Shown one piece after another: positions 23,701 to 35,530 of a stretch of DNA of 36,680 nucleotides. Both the position numbers and the translations under genes were made by a program. Below the pieces are notes generated by a model. The model did no database searches. It was not told the DNA's origin and was given only the letters and a program-made list of their open reading frames with translations. Source of the stretch: Psammoneis japonica (lineage: Eukaryota); contig QPGO01000282.1 in assembly GCA_008632985.1 (NCBI GenBank), positions 1-36,680 of the forward strand, read 5' to 3'. The number at the start of each line of letters is the position of its first letter. Position 1 is the stretch's first letter.

Positions 23701-26294
23701 CCCCGGACATCAGCCCATTGCTTCGCTTTCACTGGTGGGAACCCATGTGCTTCCACCTCGATGACTCCGATTGGCCGTCCGAATCCCGTGAGTTGCGTGG
23801 ACGCTTCGTTGGCATTGCTGAGCACGTCGGCCACCAAATGACCTTCAAAAATTCTATCTGACGAGACTCAGAAGATCCTCTGCCGGTCCAACGTCCGCTC
23901 CGCCACCCCCGATCCTGCCGTTCGAAACCTGCGTCTTGATCCTCCTGATGGGGAGCCACCTGAACCCATCATCAAATCTCGCCATGACGACAACCCCGTC
24001 GATTCTCCTGATGGGGAGATCAGGACACCCAAGATTCCAGTTTTTTGATCCGCAAGACATCATTGGACGTGCCTTCCTCATGCAGCCACAAGAGGACGGA
24101 CAACGCCACAGAGCTCGCATCGTCAAGGCCGTCGAAGACCACGAATGGAAAGTGAACGGCAATCCCGAGCTCACTAAGTTCGTCTGCTCTGTCAACAATG
24201 ACGAATACGAGGAAGTCCTTGCCTGCAATGACATCATGAATCACATTGAGCAAGAAGACGAAGACACCACTGTTTGGAAATTTCGACGCATCGTGTCACA
24301 CGAAGGACCTCTGAAGCCTCACGACCCAACCTGGAAAGGCTCCAGCTACAACATCATGCTTGAATGGGAAAGTGGGGAGATCACGTCCGAGCCTCTTGCC
24401 ATCATCGCCAAGGACGACCCCGTCACCTGTGCCATCCATGCACGAGAGAACGGACTCCTCGACACGGATGGCTGGAAGCGGTTCCGCACCATCGCGAGGC
24501 GCCAAAAGAAGCTGTTTCGCATGGCCAACCAAGCCAAGCTTCGCTCCTTCCGCACTGCACCTCGCTGCAAGCATGGGTGCGAAGTTCCCCAGAACTACAA
24601 ACACGCCATGTCACCAGACAAACGCAACGGCAACCGCAAGTGGGGAGACGCAACTAATCTCGAGATGGACCAACTCGACGAATACGAAGTCTTCCATGAC
24701 TGCGGGCCCTTCAAGTCTTCCACTCCTCCTGCGGGACACAAGAAGATCCGAGTGCACCTGGTGTGCGACGTGAAACACGACGGTCGCCACAAGGCACGAC
24801 TCGTAGCCGACGGGCACCTCACAGACGTACCTGTCGACAGTGTCTGCTCCGGAGTAGTCTCCCTCCGTGGCCTTCGGCTGATGATTTTCCTGGCCGAACT
24901 CAACGAGTTGGAGACATGGGCCACCGACATTGGCAATGCCCACCTTGAAGCCACCACCAAGGAGAAGCTTTACATTGCAGCTGGACCCGAGTTCGGCAAA
25001 CTCGAAGGACACATCCTTGTCATCCACAAGGCACTGCATGGACTGCGCAGCTCCGGTCTCCGCTGGCACGAGCGCTTCGCCGACTGCCTGCGAGCTGAAG
25101 GCTTCTTCCCCTGCCGCGCCGAACCCGACATTTGGATGCGCAGGAATGGCGACCACTGTGAACACATTGCCGTTTATGTGGATGACCTCGCCATTGCCAT
25201 GAAGGACCCTCAATCTTTCGTCGACACTCTCACGGAAAAGCACAAGTTCAAGCTCAAGGGCACGGGACCCATTGAGTTCCATCTGGGTTGCGACTTTTCC
25301 CGGGAACCCGACGGAACCTTGTGCCTGTCTCCGCGCAAGCACATCGAGCGCATGGTCGACAGCTGTGCCCGACTGTTTGGGGAGAAACCTGCCACCAACG
25401 CCCTGTCACCTCTAGAGAAGGGTGACCACCCCGAACTGGACACTTCCGAACTGCTGGGACCTGATGGCATTCGCAAGTTCCAGTCTCTTGTTGGTTCACT
25501 CCAATGGGCAGCATCCCTTGGTCGAATTGACATCACCACGGCCGTCATGTCACTCTCTAGCTTCTGAGCTGCGCCCCGTCAAGGCCACTTGGATCGTGCC
25601 AAACGCGTCTGTGGGCACCTCTCCAAGATGCGACACGGTGCTCTCCGCGTTCACACGGAAGAGCCCGACCATTCGGATCTCCCTGCTCCGGCCTGTGAAT
25701 GGATGCATTCCATGTGTGGTGAAGCAGAAGAGATGATCCCAAAGGACGCTCCACCGCCCCTTGGCAAGTTCGTCACTGCCACCCACTACGTCGATGCAAA
25801 CTTGTGCCATTGCATGCTCACCGGACGCTCTGTCATGGGAATGCTCCACTTCCTCAACAAATTCCCGGCTGATTGGTTCTCTAAGAAACAAGCCACCGTG
25901 GAGACTGCGACCCACGGGTCTGAATTTGTTGCCGCAAGGACTTGTGTTGAGCAGATCATCGACCTGCGCATCACCCTGCGCTGCCTTGGCGTCCTGATCC
26001 GCAACGTTAGTTACATGTTCGGTGACAACAAGTCGGTTGTAGACAGTGCCACCATCCCACACTCCAAGTTACACAAGCGACACACCGCACTGTCGTTCCA
26101 CCGTGTGCATGAGGCAATTGCCTCTGGTCACCTTGAGCTCCACTTCATCGAAGGCTCCCGCAACCCTGCTGACATTCTCAGCAAGCATTGGGGTTGCTCC
26201 CAAATCTGGGACCTTCTCCGCCCCCTCATGTTCTGGAACTTCATTCCATCCGAAGTCGAATCTGTTTCTGTGGCTCCTCAAGCAAACTGGGGAG
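20718..26294 (+). pseudogene. gag-pol polyprotein (Gag, aspartic protease, integrase, RT, RNase H), disrupted
   Basis: Gag FKRGIKRDP; PR ALVDRGANGG; IN ATDT...GDRAQVE...QNFAERR; RT HKARLVADGH, DIGNA, YVDDL (25175); RH YVDANL, GSEF, GDNKSV, NPADILSK. Frameshifts near 23850 and ~24010, in-frame TGA at 25565 (probably from CGA), and pervasive Tyr->Cys/His. Confidence 0.95.
26289..26294 (+). other. Polypurine tract (short)
   Basis: GGGGAG directly upstream of the 3' LTR TG. Confidence 0.7.
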
Positions 26295-26570
26295 TGACAG
26301 GATTTGAACAGGATTTGGGTGCGCGCGAAGTGTCGCGCGCTGTTTAGTTCACCGCGCACAGTTTTGTGTGCTTTAGTTCCGCGCGTTCACGCGCAATGTG
26401 GTTTGCTTTCGAGCCACAAGGCTCACAAGAATGATGACAGCAGCCCGATCACACCGACTCACACGTCTTTCGGCTCCTGTGACGGTCTCTGAACGGAGAC
26501 TCATCTGCCATTTAGACAGCAGTGAGGAGCCATTGTTTGAATTCTTGCCATTTGCCTTCAATTTGCAACA
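26295..26570 (+). repeat. 3' LTR
   Basis: TGACAGGATTTGAACAGG...TTTGCAACA; preceded by a purine run and followed by the TSD CCCCT. Confidence 0.96.
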
Positions 26571-27734
26571 CCCCTCTTGGCAAACACACATTTTTGCACT
26601 TGCACAGGGCAACATTCCTGCAACCTGCACAGGAATGGGGTCCAACCACTCAGGCAGTGACATGTGAGTTCAGTGCCATGGAAGTTGCAAGACCACTCTG
26701 TGCACAACTCACATGCATGGGGCAGCAAAACATGCTGCAGAGCTTGAGTCCACATTTGACACTGTGCATCTTCTGCAAAGCCACCCCTTTGTGCAAGATG
26801 TGCCAATTGCAGGATGAACAGCTGGGTCATGACTTTCCTGCATGAAACTCATGTGTGCAACAACAGGCTTGCAAGGTGCTTCTGCATTGTGATCAGCTGA
26901 TCCTGCGGGCCAGTCTGCAGACATGCAGAATGGCAGCCTTGCTGCATGCAATCCAGGGTTGCTTGCTGAACAGTGGCTCAAGATCATTGCTGTCCAAACC
27001 AGCAGCTGGCACCATGCAATGTTTTCAGGCAAACTGTTCTTGGTGAACACTCATCCACTCCATTTTGTCAGCTGGAGCTGCTGACAGCATGGCTGCCAAG
27101 AACAACCTGGGCTTGTGCCCTGATGCCTGTGGTGCTGCTGGCACCAATTTTGTCACATCCAAGCAGTGCAAACCTTTGAAAGATGTGCCAATCTGCACAG
27201 CTGCTGCTGTGTGGGTTGACCCAAAGTTGGGTCAACCTCACCTGCTGCCAGCCCGCAAGCAGGCCATGCACTTTGAGGGCTGGATGAAAAAATTGCTCTT
27301 GTGCCCCAGCAGCTGCACCCAAGTGGGTTGGAACTGTTCATGGCACACCTTGCCAGTTTGACAGGAGCAGGAATGCTCCTCACCCAGCTGTGCTCTTCCC
27401 TGGTGCTCAACAAAAGTCACAAACCTGCTGAAACCAGAGGTCACAACCCTGCTGCAACCAGAGGGAGTTTTGCTGGCATTTGAATCTGACAAATCTGCTC
27501 AGGTGGATCTGAACAACCTGCCATGAGTGGAGCTGATGTTGCTGCTAAAGTGGGGGGGCTTGTCGATGCTTCTTTTGGACAAAAGGAGGGAGATGTCCAA
27601 AGCAAAGGTGGCATGGAATGAGGAGGACAATGGTGGCACCCCAGAACAGATCAGGGAAGGCAAGAACCCAAATGCGGCAGGCTGTCAGAAGCTCAAATGT
27701 CATTTGGGTGGAAGAAATCATGGTCGCCAACTTC

Positions 27735-28070
27735 AAAATGAAGCAAGCCTTGTCACTTGACTGTGACACAGAGTCAGGGGCCTCCATCATGGGCAATGAC
27801 AAGAACCTCACAGCCGATGTGGAAATGATGGAACAGACACAGGTGCAAGCTGATGTTGTGGTGGCTTTGGCACAAAACCTGGATGCTCGTGAAGTGCGGT
27901 CAATGAGGTTGCAACACTGTTTGTCTGATGGATTTATCCGGTCAATTGCTGAGTGTGCCGGTGCCATGGGCTTGGGCGAGTTGTGCACAGCACTCAGTTG
28001 GCGGCAAGATGTTTGAAGAAGTTGTGCCATGAGGCACACGTTGCATCCAGTTTCCAAGAGCATCTCTTGA
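27735..28070 (+). pseudogene. Sigma-70 factor C-terminal fragment, copy B
   Basis: KQALSLD...ADVVVALAQNLDAREVRSMRLQHCLSDGFIRSIAECAGAMGL. Confidence 0.75.
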
Positions 28071-28939
28071 TGATTGCCCAGACAGGATGTGCAACACAGA
28101 AGCCAACATGACATCAGAGCCAGAATGGATGCACTGAGCTTGACCGTGCCTGCTGAACTTCACCTCCAATCCTGTCAGCACACACATCGTCTCCTCCCCA
28201 ACAGCACTGGGGTTTGGTTGATTCCAACCACCAAACCATCTGTGCAATGACCAGGCTTCTCATGGGCTTTACAACCCCACTGGTTGGAGAGTGGATGTGT
28301 GTTTCCAACAAAATTGAAGCAGGTGTGACCACATTTCCAGACACTGACGGGAAATGAGAGGAGCTTGGTCAAATCGGATGAGAAAAGCAACAGGTCAACA
28401 CATCCCCATCACACCTGGGATGGCCAGTCCCTTCCAATTGAGGCATGTGGTGGGAATCCCTTCATGCCGTGCCTCAACCAATTCATCCGCAACCACTGCA
28501 GATTTTCTTGACTCCACTGAATCGCTTCTTTTTTGCTGACAATTTCGAAGCTCTGTGCCGTCATCCATTTGGGTGAATGACAAAGCGCACTGCTCATTCA
28601 TTGACATTTCAGCCTGTGCTGCGGCATCTAACCACAGCGAAGTTCCCAACACATGGACACCACAAACATCCAGTGCCTCCTTCTCCAGCAAATCTTGTTC
28701 TCCTCTGCATGCGAGCCACTCCCGCTGCCCCAACACCCTTCTTGATTTCCTGCCTTGGATGTTGCACATCTCCTGATTTCCAACAACAAACAATGTCTCT
28801 TCAAACTGATCAGTTTGCTTGTGCAAGAAAGCATGCAGTGAGTTGGTTTAAGACAAGCCTGATGTCACCGAGCAATGCCAAGACAGAAGCACGCCACCGA
28901 ACAAATGAAATTTTCTCATGCACTTGCTGATTCCAACGC

Positions 28940-29550
28940 CAGACAGAATGCTTCACAGTGGCAACACTTTGAAAGTTGCTCCAGTCAGAAATGTAAAAAT
29001 GAATCACCAAGTCATTTGTGGACAGGAGTGCCAGTTGATTTGAGTCCCTGTGCTTCATTGGCATCTCATCACACTTTCTTGCAACCAAAGACTTCAGCTC
29101 TCCTGCCTCTTCTAAGGATCTCTGCTTGGCGCATTTGGCAAGATGCACAAATCCAACGTTCCAAGCAATGAAGACAGACTCTGGGCAAGGTGCAATCAAA
29201 GTTGCATCTCCTCCAAGATTGGAAAATGTGCAGCAACATTCAGCTCCTTTGGCACTGCATTCTTTGTTCGTTTCCTCAACATTTTGATCTAAACTGCTCT
29301 CAATGTGATGGTTCTCGACCGTGTCGTCACCGCTGCTTGTTGTGTCCCAGCCACCATCCCTCCTGCAGCCTGCCCAATTGTTGCTTTCAGCATCCCAATT
29401 GATTTCCATCCAAAATCTTTGTGCACATCATCACTGCAACTGGCAGATCCAAACAGATGTTCAGAAAAGGTTTCGGGGTCAGCCTCAGCTGCACTCTCTA
29501 GATCAAGAGACGGGCCCAGGGCAAACTCAGCTGGAATGAATCTGCACTTC
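28940..29550 (-). pseudogene. Fragment resembling DUF6940-type proteins (family name from memory), copy B only
   Basis: EF..ADPETFSEHL..TFSNLGGDATLIAPCP..HLA..LST..HF*LEQLSK(CC)H(C), compared with the recalled motif FxNLGGDAxLxxP..HLA..LST..LHxRLDxxPKYY. Confidence 0.5.
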
Positions 29551-29569
29551 CTCTGCACTTGAAAATTGA

Positions 29570-30380
29570 AAGCAAGAAAATGGGCTGTGATGCCTTGATG
29601 ACTCTGCCCATTCTGCAGCGGATGGCTCAGACCCCAAATGCAATGGAAAGAAGAATCAATGTGGCCGAAAGGGCAAATCCAAAGCCACGCAGTGCCCTGT
29701 TCAGGTGCTGCAGCTGCAATCCACCTGGACCTTTGAGTGGAGGCAGAGACACCTCATGTTGGTTGTTCCATTGCAAGAGACACGGGGTCAAACTGCACCA
29801 CGTTCCCATCTCGAAAAATGTCTGTCCGAACAGCACCAAAGGCGACATTTCCGGTTTCTGGGTCTTTTCGTTCCACAAAGTTGAGCAACCGGTGCAATGC
29901 ACAGTGGTCAAATCATGAGACCCTGTCATTGGGTCAATGACAGCAGAATCCGAAGAATCCACAAAGCTTTGCATTGACAGCATGCTCGCAATGGGAGACG
30001 CCGTCAAAGCAAGTGAGACGTCGCGCAAGCAGCCAGCCCATGGAGATTGTGGAACCATGTGCAGAAAGATCCCCAGATCTGGAGACTTGAATGTTCTTTT
30101 GACTGGAAGCTGATCTCCACGTGATCTGGATGGTTCTGAAGCTCTTGCATGCTCGAAACCATTGCACGCAGATCGCAAGAGTTCCTGGCATCCTGGCTCT
30201 GGACAAAGAGCACGGAACTTGTGTGTTCTACGAGCCACCTTGCACAGGACGCAGGTCATCTGAGAAAAAACCAGACACAGTCATTTCCAGTGATCCCCTG
30301 GCAATTGTAAAGCAAGGGTGTCAGGTGGTTTTGCTGAGAGAGAGATTCCGGACCGTAGCAGCAAAGTGTTGACCATGGTC
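29570..30380 (-). pseudogene. Class C GPCR fragment, copy B (truncated at TM2)
   Basis: Aligns to ~11195-11985; more degraded than copy A. Confidence 0.8.
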
Positions 30381-30827
30381 TTGTGTGGTGCGGTTGGGCG
30401 CTGGCAGGTGGTGCGGCACAGCACGTGCGAAAAAGCGATCAATCGAACAGAAGAAAAAATTTTGTCCATCACCAGCCCCACAACAAACAAAAATGACTGT
30501 CATGTGCGTGTCAACGGAAAGCACGACACAGATTTGTTGCCTTGCAAACTTATGGCGAAGTCGCATCAGGAGCAAACGAGCAAAGAAAAAGCGGCTGTGG
30601 CCATGACGATGAAGATTGTAGCGGCATTCCGAGTTTGGATTCGAGATGATTACTTGGATCAAACCCAGCACCGGTTTAAATTGTGTCAAAACCAACTTGC
30701 CACTTCGCGGACACGATTCCCTACACGCGAAAATCTGAAATGCGCAAGCACGCACTTTCCCACGCACTCTTCGTCCCACAATCGCAGTTCTGGCAAGAAA
30801 GTAAAGTGTCGCATCAACAATGTCACC

Positions 30828-32063
30828 ATGTTGTGCGCTTTCCTCTTCTTGAACGCTTTGTTTCTCATTGGCAACTATGGCCGAGCCATTTCTTGCCTGC
30901 GTGGGGATCCTAAAGAGTTCCTGGCAGGCGCGGTGCTCTGCTTCGTCTTGTGTTGCTTGTTGAGGAACATCGACGTCTGGATCGTCGTCCGAACCTTTGT
31001 GGTTGCATTTCTCCTCTGGCTCTGTACGATCCTTGCTACGGCATTGTCCAAGCAGACAAGGTGGAATTGTTCTGAATTTAACCAGCCTCCCCACGTTCCT
31101 CGCAGCCACTTTGTGGAGGCGCAACGCAAGACGCATCGTTGCGACGTCAATGAGCCATTTGCATCGTAAGTTTTTGTTGCTCTTGTTGTGCTGCCCATTG
31201 TTGTGACGCTTGTTTCTAACGTCACCTTCTTTCTTTGATGTTCCATTTCTTGTGTTCAGCTCTGCTGACGGCACTGGTTCCAACAGTGGAGTGGCTCACG
31301 AGCCGTCTTCAAACTACAACCCCCCACCCCTCCGTCGATTTTAAAGAAAAAGACAACGTCAAAGCTTCATCCCCCAAGCCGAGCCTTCCAAAGTACCGCC
31401 ACAACGTCAAACCAGAAAAAGACAACGTCCAAGCTTCACCTGTCAAGCCGAGCCCTCCAAAGCACCAGTGCAAAGTCGGTGAGAGAGTTTTGTACACGAA
31501 TGGCAATGCCAACGACGTCGCTTCCGCCAAGATCATTGGCACTCACCTTGATGACAAAACTCTGCACTACACTGTCCTCTTCTCTAACAACAGAGAGAGG
31601 CAGACGGTTGAAAAGAATCTATCGCCCATCCCAAAAACACCAACGTCAGAAAAAGACGACATCGAAGCATCGCCTCCCAAGCCGAGCCCTCCAAAGCACC
31701 AGTGCAAAATCGGCGAGAACGTCATGTGCACGAAAAACAATACGAACGATGTCACTTCTGCCAAAATCATCAGTGTTCACCGCGACGACAAAACTCCGCA
31801 CTACACTGTCCTCTTCTCCAACGGCAGAGAGCGACAGACAGAAGAAAAGAATCTATCTCCCGCCCCCCAAAAAACCGACGTCCAAGTACGAGAAGGGCCA
31901 AGACGTGCATTGCTGCCGCAACAACGCTCGTGCATTGGCCAAGATTCTCAGGGTGCACTTTGATGATGATCTCGTGGCGCATTGCGACATTAAATGTGTG
32001 GATGGGAGCGAGAGGCAGACGATTGACAAGTGCCTGGAGGAACATCCGTCTCCCGAGTTGTGG
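30828..32063 (+). pseudogene. Same TM plus 3x Tudor/SH3-like gene, copy B
   Basis: ATG at 30828; intron 31166-31259 (94 nt); inferred ancestral TAG at 32061 now reads TGG; frameshifts in C-runs near 31325 and 31865. Confidence 0.8.
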
Positions 32064-34014
32064 GGAGTGCGACGAGGCTGAGTTTTTTGCTGTTGCGGGT
32101 GGAGAAGATTGTCTGTGATTGCACATCTTATTTTTCATTCAGGCCTGCATTGTCGTGAAGACGTGTTGGGCAGAAATTATTTCAGATGTCAGCTTGTGGT
32201 GCGCATTCACTTGTCATTTTGATGCTCGAGTTCAACTGCAGCAGCAAAGTTGGAAGAGGCTTTCCAGATCTCGCATTCAGGCACGCATTGTCAAGACGAC
32301 ACATGTGAGTTGGCCGCCGTTTCGGAACTGGTTTTGTGTGCCGGCAGAAGAGAATGCAAGATCTGGTTTGCCTCTGAAAGCTAATGTTGAACAGCAGCAA
32401 CACTTGTTCCAATGTTCAAGTCGAAAACCATTGTGGGACTGGCGGAATCGAATGAGAAAACGAGAAACAAACATCAGACGGGCTTTTTGCGTGCAAGGTA
32501 GAAGCTCACGGATTGTCAGGTTTAGTGTGGCAGGCATGGGGTGTGGGAGTGGGGCTGGGGCTCGAGAGGGATCAGTTAGCGCGCTGTAGAGCATTGGGCC
32601 TGCAGATCAAGATTATGAAAACAAAACAAAAATTAGAAAACGCATTGTCAGAACATCTCTTTTGCACTTTTGAAAACTCGCTTTCACATTGTCCCACTTG
32701 CAATCATCCGCTGTCAGTGCAAGTGAGGCAATTGGGGACCATTGCTGAGTGCAAGGTCATTGGTTGAGAGCGTCTGCTTTGTCCAAAGATTGCCGCACAG
32801 GTTGCGACCATCAGCATCAAGCATCTCATGCACTGCACGAATCCACCAGGCCCGCTTCTGGCTTGGTCGGCAATCTCAAGGGCGGTCTCCACCAGAATGT
32901 CAAGGATCTTTGCATTGTCAAGGACCCAACAAAGGACAAAAAGCATCCCAAGTAGCTCGGGGGCCGGTTGCAGATCATTTTGTGCCGAGGAGGACGCGTC
33001 CGTGAAGGTGTTGCTTGAATCGGAACAGGTGGTGCTGCACATCTCATTCGACACTTTGCCCACGCTTGTCCATTGTCGCCTTGTGCTGATGCTGTCAACG
33101 ATGCAGCCACATGCCACTTTGTTCAAAGATTGCCACATGCCGCAGGTTGCGACCATCAGCACGAAGCATCTCCTGTGCCGCACAAATCCACCAGGCCCGG
33201 TTCAGGCTTGAACGGCAATCTCAAGGGCGGCCTCCACCAGAACATTGGGAACTTCGCATCGTCAAGGACCCGACAAAGGATAAAAAGCATCCCAAGCATC
33301 TCGCGTTCGGTTACAAATCACTTGGTGCCGAGGAGGACGGGTCCATGGAGGTGTTGCTTGCATCGGCACGGGCAATGCTGCACACTTCACTCGACACTTT
33401 GCCGACGCCTGTCCATTGGCGCCTTGTGGGGCTCGAGAGGGATTGGTTGGCGTGCTGCAGAGCATCAGGCCTGCAGATCAAGATTATGAAAACAAAACAA
33501 AAATTAGAAAACGCATTGTCAGAACATCTCTTTTGCACTTTTGAAAACTCGCTTTCACATCGTCCCACTTGTGTCATCCGCTGTCAGTGCAAGTGAGGCA
33601 ATTGAGGCTGTTGTTGAGTGCAAGGTCATTGGTTGAGAGCATCCACTTTGTCCAAAGATTGCCGCACAGGTTGCGACCATCAGCACCAAGCATCTCATGT
33701 GCCGCACGAATCCACCAGGTCCGCTTCTTGCTTGGTCGGCAATCTCAAGGGCGGTCTCCACCAGAATGTCAAGGATCTTCGCATCGTCAAGGACCCGACA
33801 AAGGATAAAAAGTATCCCAAGTAGCTCGCGGGCGAAGATCCATCTGAAATAGAATCCGCGACTGCTGTTGTGGAAGATGTGTTTGTCCAAGGTCGTGCTC
33901 AGCAACAAGGGGTTTGGTTGAACACGGGCGCCGCATTAAAGCAAAATCGTGCCAGACTACCCACAACCCATGACGACAAAAAGAATGGCAATTGGAAAAC
34001 TTTTGACGGAAAAG

Positions 34015-34885
34015 AGGGTCGCAGATTTCTTTCTGTGTCTTGATGCGCCACAATTGTTTGGGTGGAGGCGAACATGATGGCTTCTTGTCGCCATGTGTGC
34101 CAGTTTGTGGCTGCATCGGAGTTGAAGCAGTTTCTGACTTGGAAATAAGTTTTGCAAAGTACTTGGATGATTTTGTGCTGAACAACGACGAGCAGCGTGC
34201 AACAATGAACAAGCACATGCGTCCGTTCAATGAAAAAGCATCAAATGCAAAGAATGACACGTGCCCTTCGCCAAGCATGCGCACTGTCTGGAATGGGATC
34301 AATTGTTTCACAAATTCGCCTCAGCCAATCGTGTTCACAACCGTGAGGTAGTGTGGACAATCCGAGGAACAGTTCTGCCGCCACGTGTCCCAAGGACCAC
34401 ATGTAAACAGCGGAATCGCAGGGTAGCCGTAGAGTGGAAGAACTTCCGGGCTGCGGTAAAACCGAAATTGAATGTAGCTGTGAGCCGTGTTTCCTTCACA
34501 GCAAGCCGAACCGAAAGCAATTAACTTGACATTGCTTGAATCAAACCACTTCTCGGTCGAACAATTGATCGCTGACACAATTCCTTCACGCCACCGTCCA
34601 TTGTTTTCATGAGCAGCGGCCGAACCTTTGTCAAGGGCAACCCTCTGAACTGCCGCTGATTCAAAACCTCTCATGCATTCATCCACAACAATTCAAACAC
34701 CAAGCACAGGTGATTCTGATGCGGACTGTACGATTGCAGGTGCACTGTCTTGCGGTTTTCGCTTTGACGTCAATGGCCAAGAAATCCTTGTCTTTGCTCA
34801 GTGCCCAAAGACATTGATCTCCACAGCTGCTTGTTGTGCACAAGCTTGACCATTCTTCACCACTTTCAGGGCTGCAAAGACTTCC
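34015..34885 (-). pseudogene. DYRK/YAK1-like kinase fragment, copy B
   Basis: ALKVVKNGQACAQQAAVEINVF; NVKLIAFGSACCEGNTAHSYIQFRFYRSPEVL. Confidence 0.9.
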
Positions 34886-34954
34886 AAGACAAGCAGGGAG
34901 CGAGTTGAGATGCGCATGTGCCACTCTAGCACGGCTCTTTGAGCCATGAACGTA

Positions 34955-35530
34955 CCTTTCCACCGCCTGGCAGACCAGTTCCCTGCGCAAGGCGTCTGCA
35001 TGCTTTTCGTGCACCAACAAGTAATCAGGAGCCACGCGCTAAGTTTTGATTGCAAAAACAGAAATGGAAATGAGTTCCACAGCAGCAGTTCAAAATCAAC
35101 AGGAACAGCATTTTCAAATTCCAAAACTCCATTTACATGACCTTTGTCCCACATAGAAAGTTTTGCCCCAATGATGCGTTCCTCGGCTCAATCTTTAAAA
35201 GAGAGAAAAGAGCAGTTGGCAAGATTAACACGTTGGGTAATTCCGCCACTTTCACGCGCAACATGCAGCATGCTTGCCCTTCCAACTTCCAACACGTTCC
35301 GATCCGGCAAACAAAATGGTTCATTTCCCTTTTCCAAGAGCATCTCTGTTCTTCCACGCCCCCTTGAACAACTGTTTAACAAAGAAGAGGGAAAACAGGA
35401 AGCGTCAGAAGAACGAGCTCCTCCTCAAGACACACAATGCACACACGTGCGCATCTGCCAGGGGGTGCATGCACATGCCTTGCAAGACTCCTGGATCAAA
35501 ACAGTGTGTCACCAATTCTTGCAGGAGTGC
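34955..35530 (-). pseudogene. ALDH3-like fragment, copy B
   Basis: APDYLLVHEKHADALRREL, FAGSERVG, LLQELVTHCFDPG; splice donors mutated to GC. Confidence 0.82.

Larger units (their letters stand above)
19494..26570 (+). mobile_element. Full-length Ty1/copia LTR retrotransposon (CoDi-like, diatom type), inactivated
   Basis: Two 276-bp direct LTRs with TG...CA ends; 5-bp TSD CCCCT at 19489-19493 and 26571-26575; domain order gag-PR-IN-RT-RNaseH is the copia order. Confidence 0.97.

Noticed and set aside
23840..24015. Programmed ribosomal frameshift at TTCAAAAATT
   Set aside because: It falls inside the integrase C-terminal region rather than at a gag/pol boundary. It is better read as a homopolymer indel, with a second shift nearby.
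20921..26359. Long antisense and alternate-frame ORFs within the copia element
   Set aside because: Shadow frames of a GC3-rich, TA-depleted coding region; no motifs.
19494..26570. CpG deamination, APOBEC, ADAR or RT error as the cause of the CA/TG differences
   Set aside because: CpGs are mostly retained; Tyr columns and GT donors require TA ancestors; changes occur on both strands, after integration, and also in intron-containing non-retro DNA.
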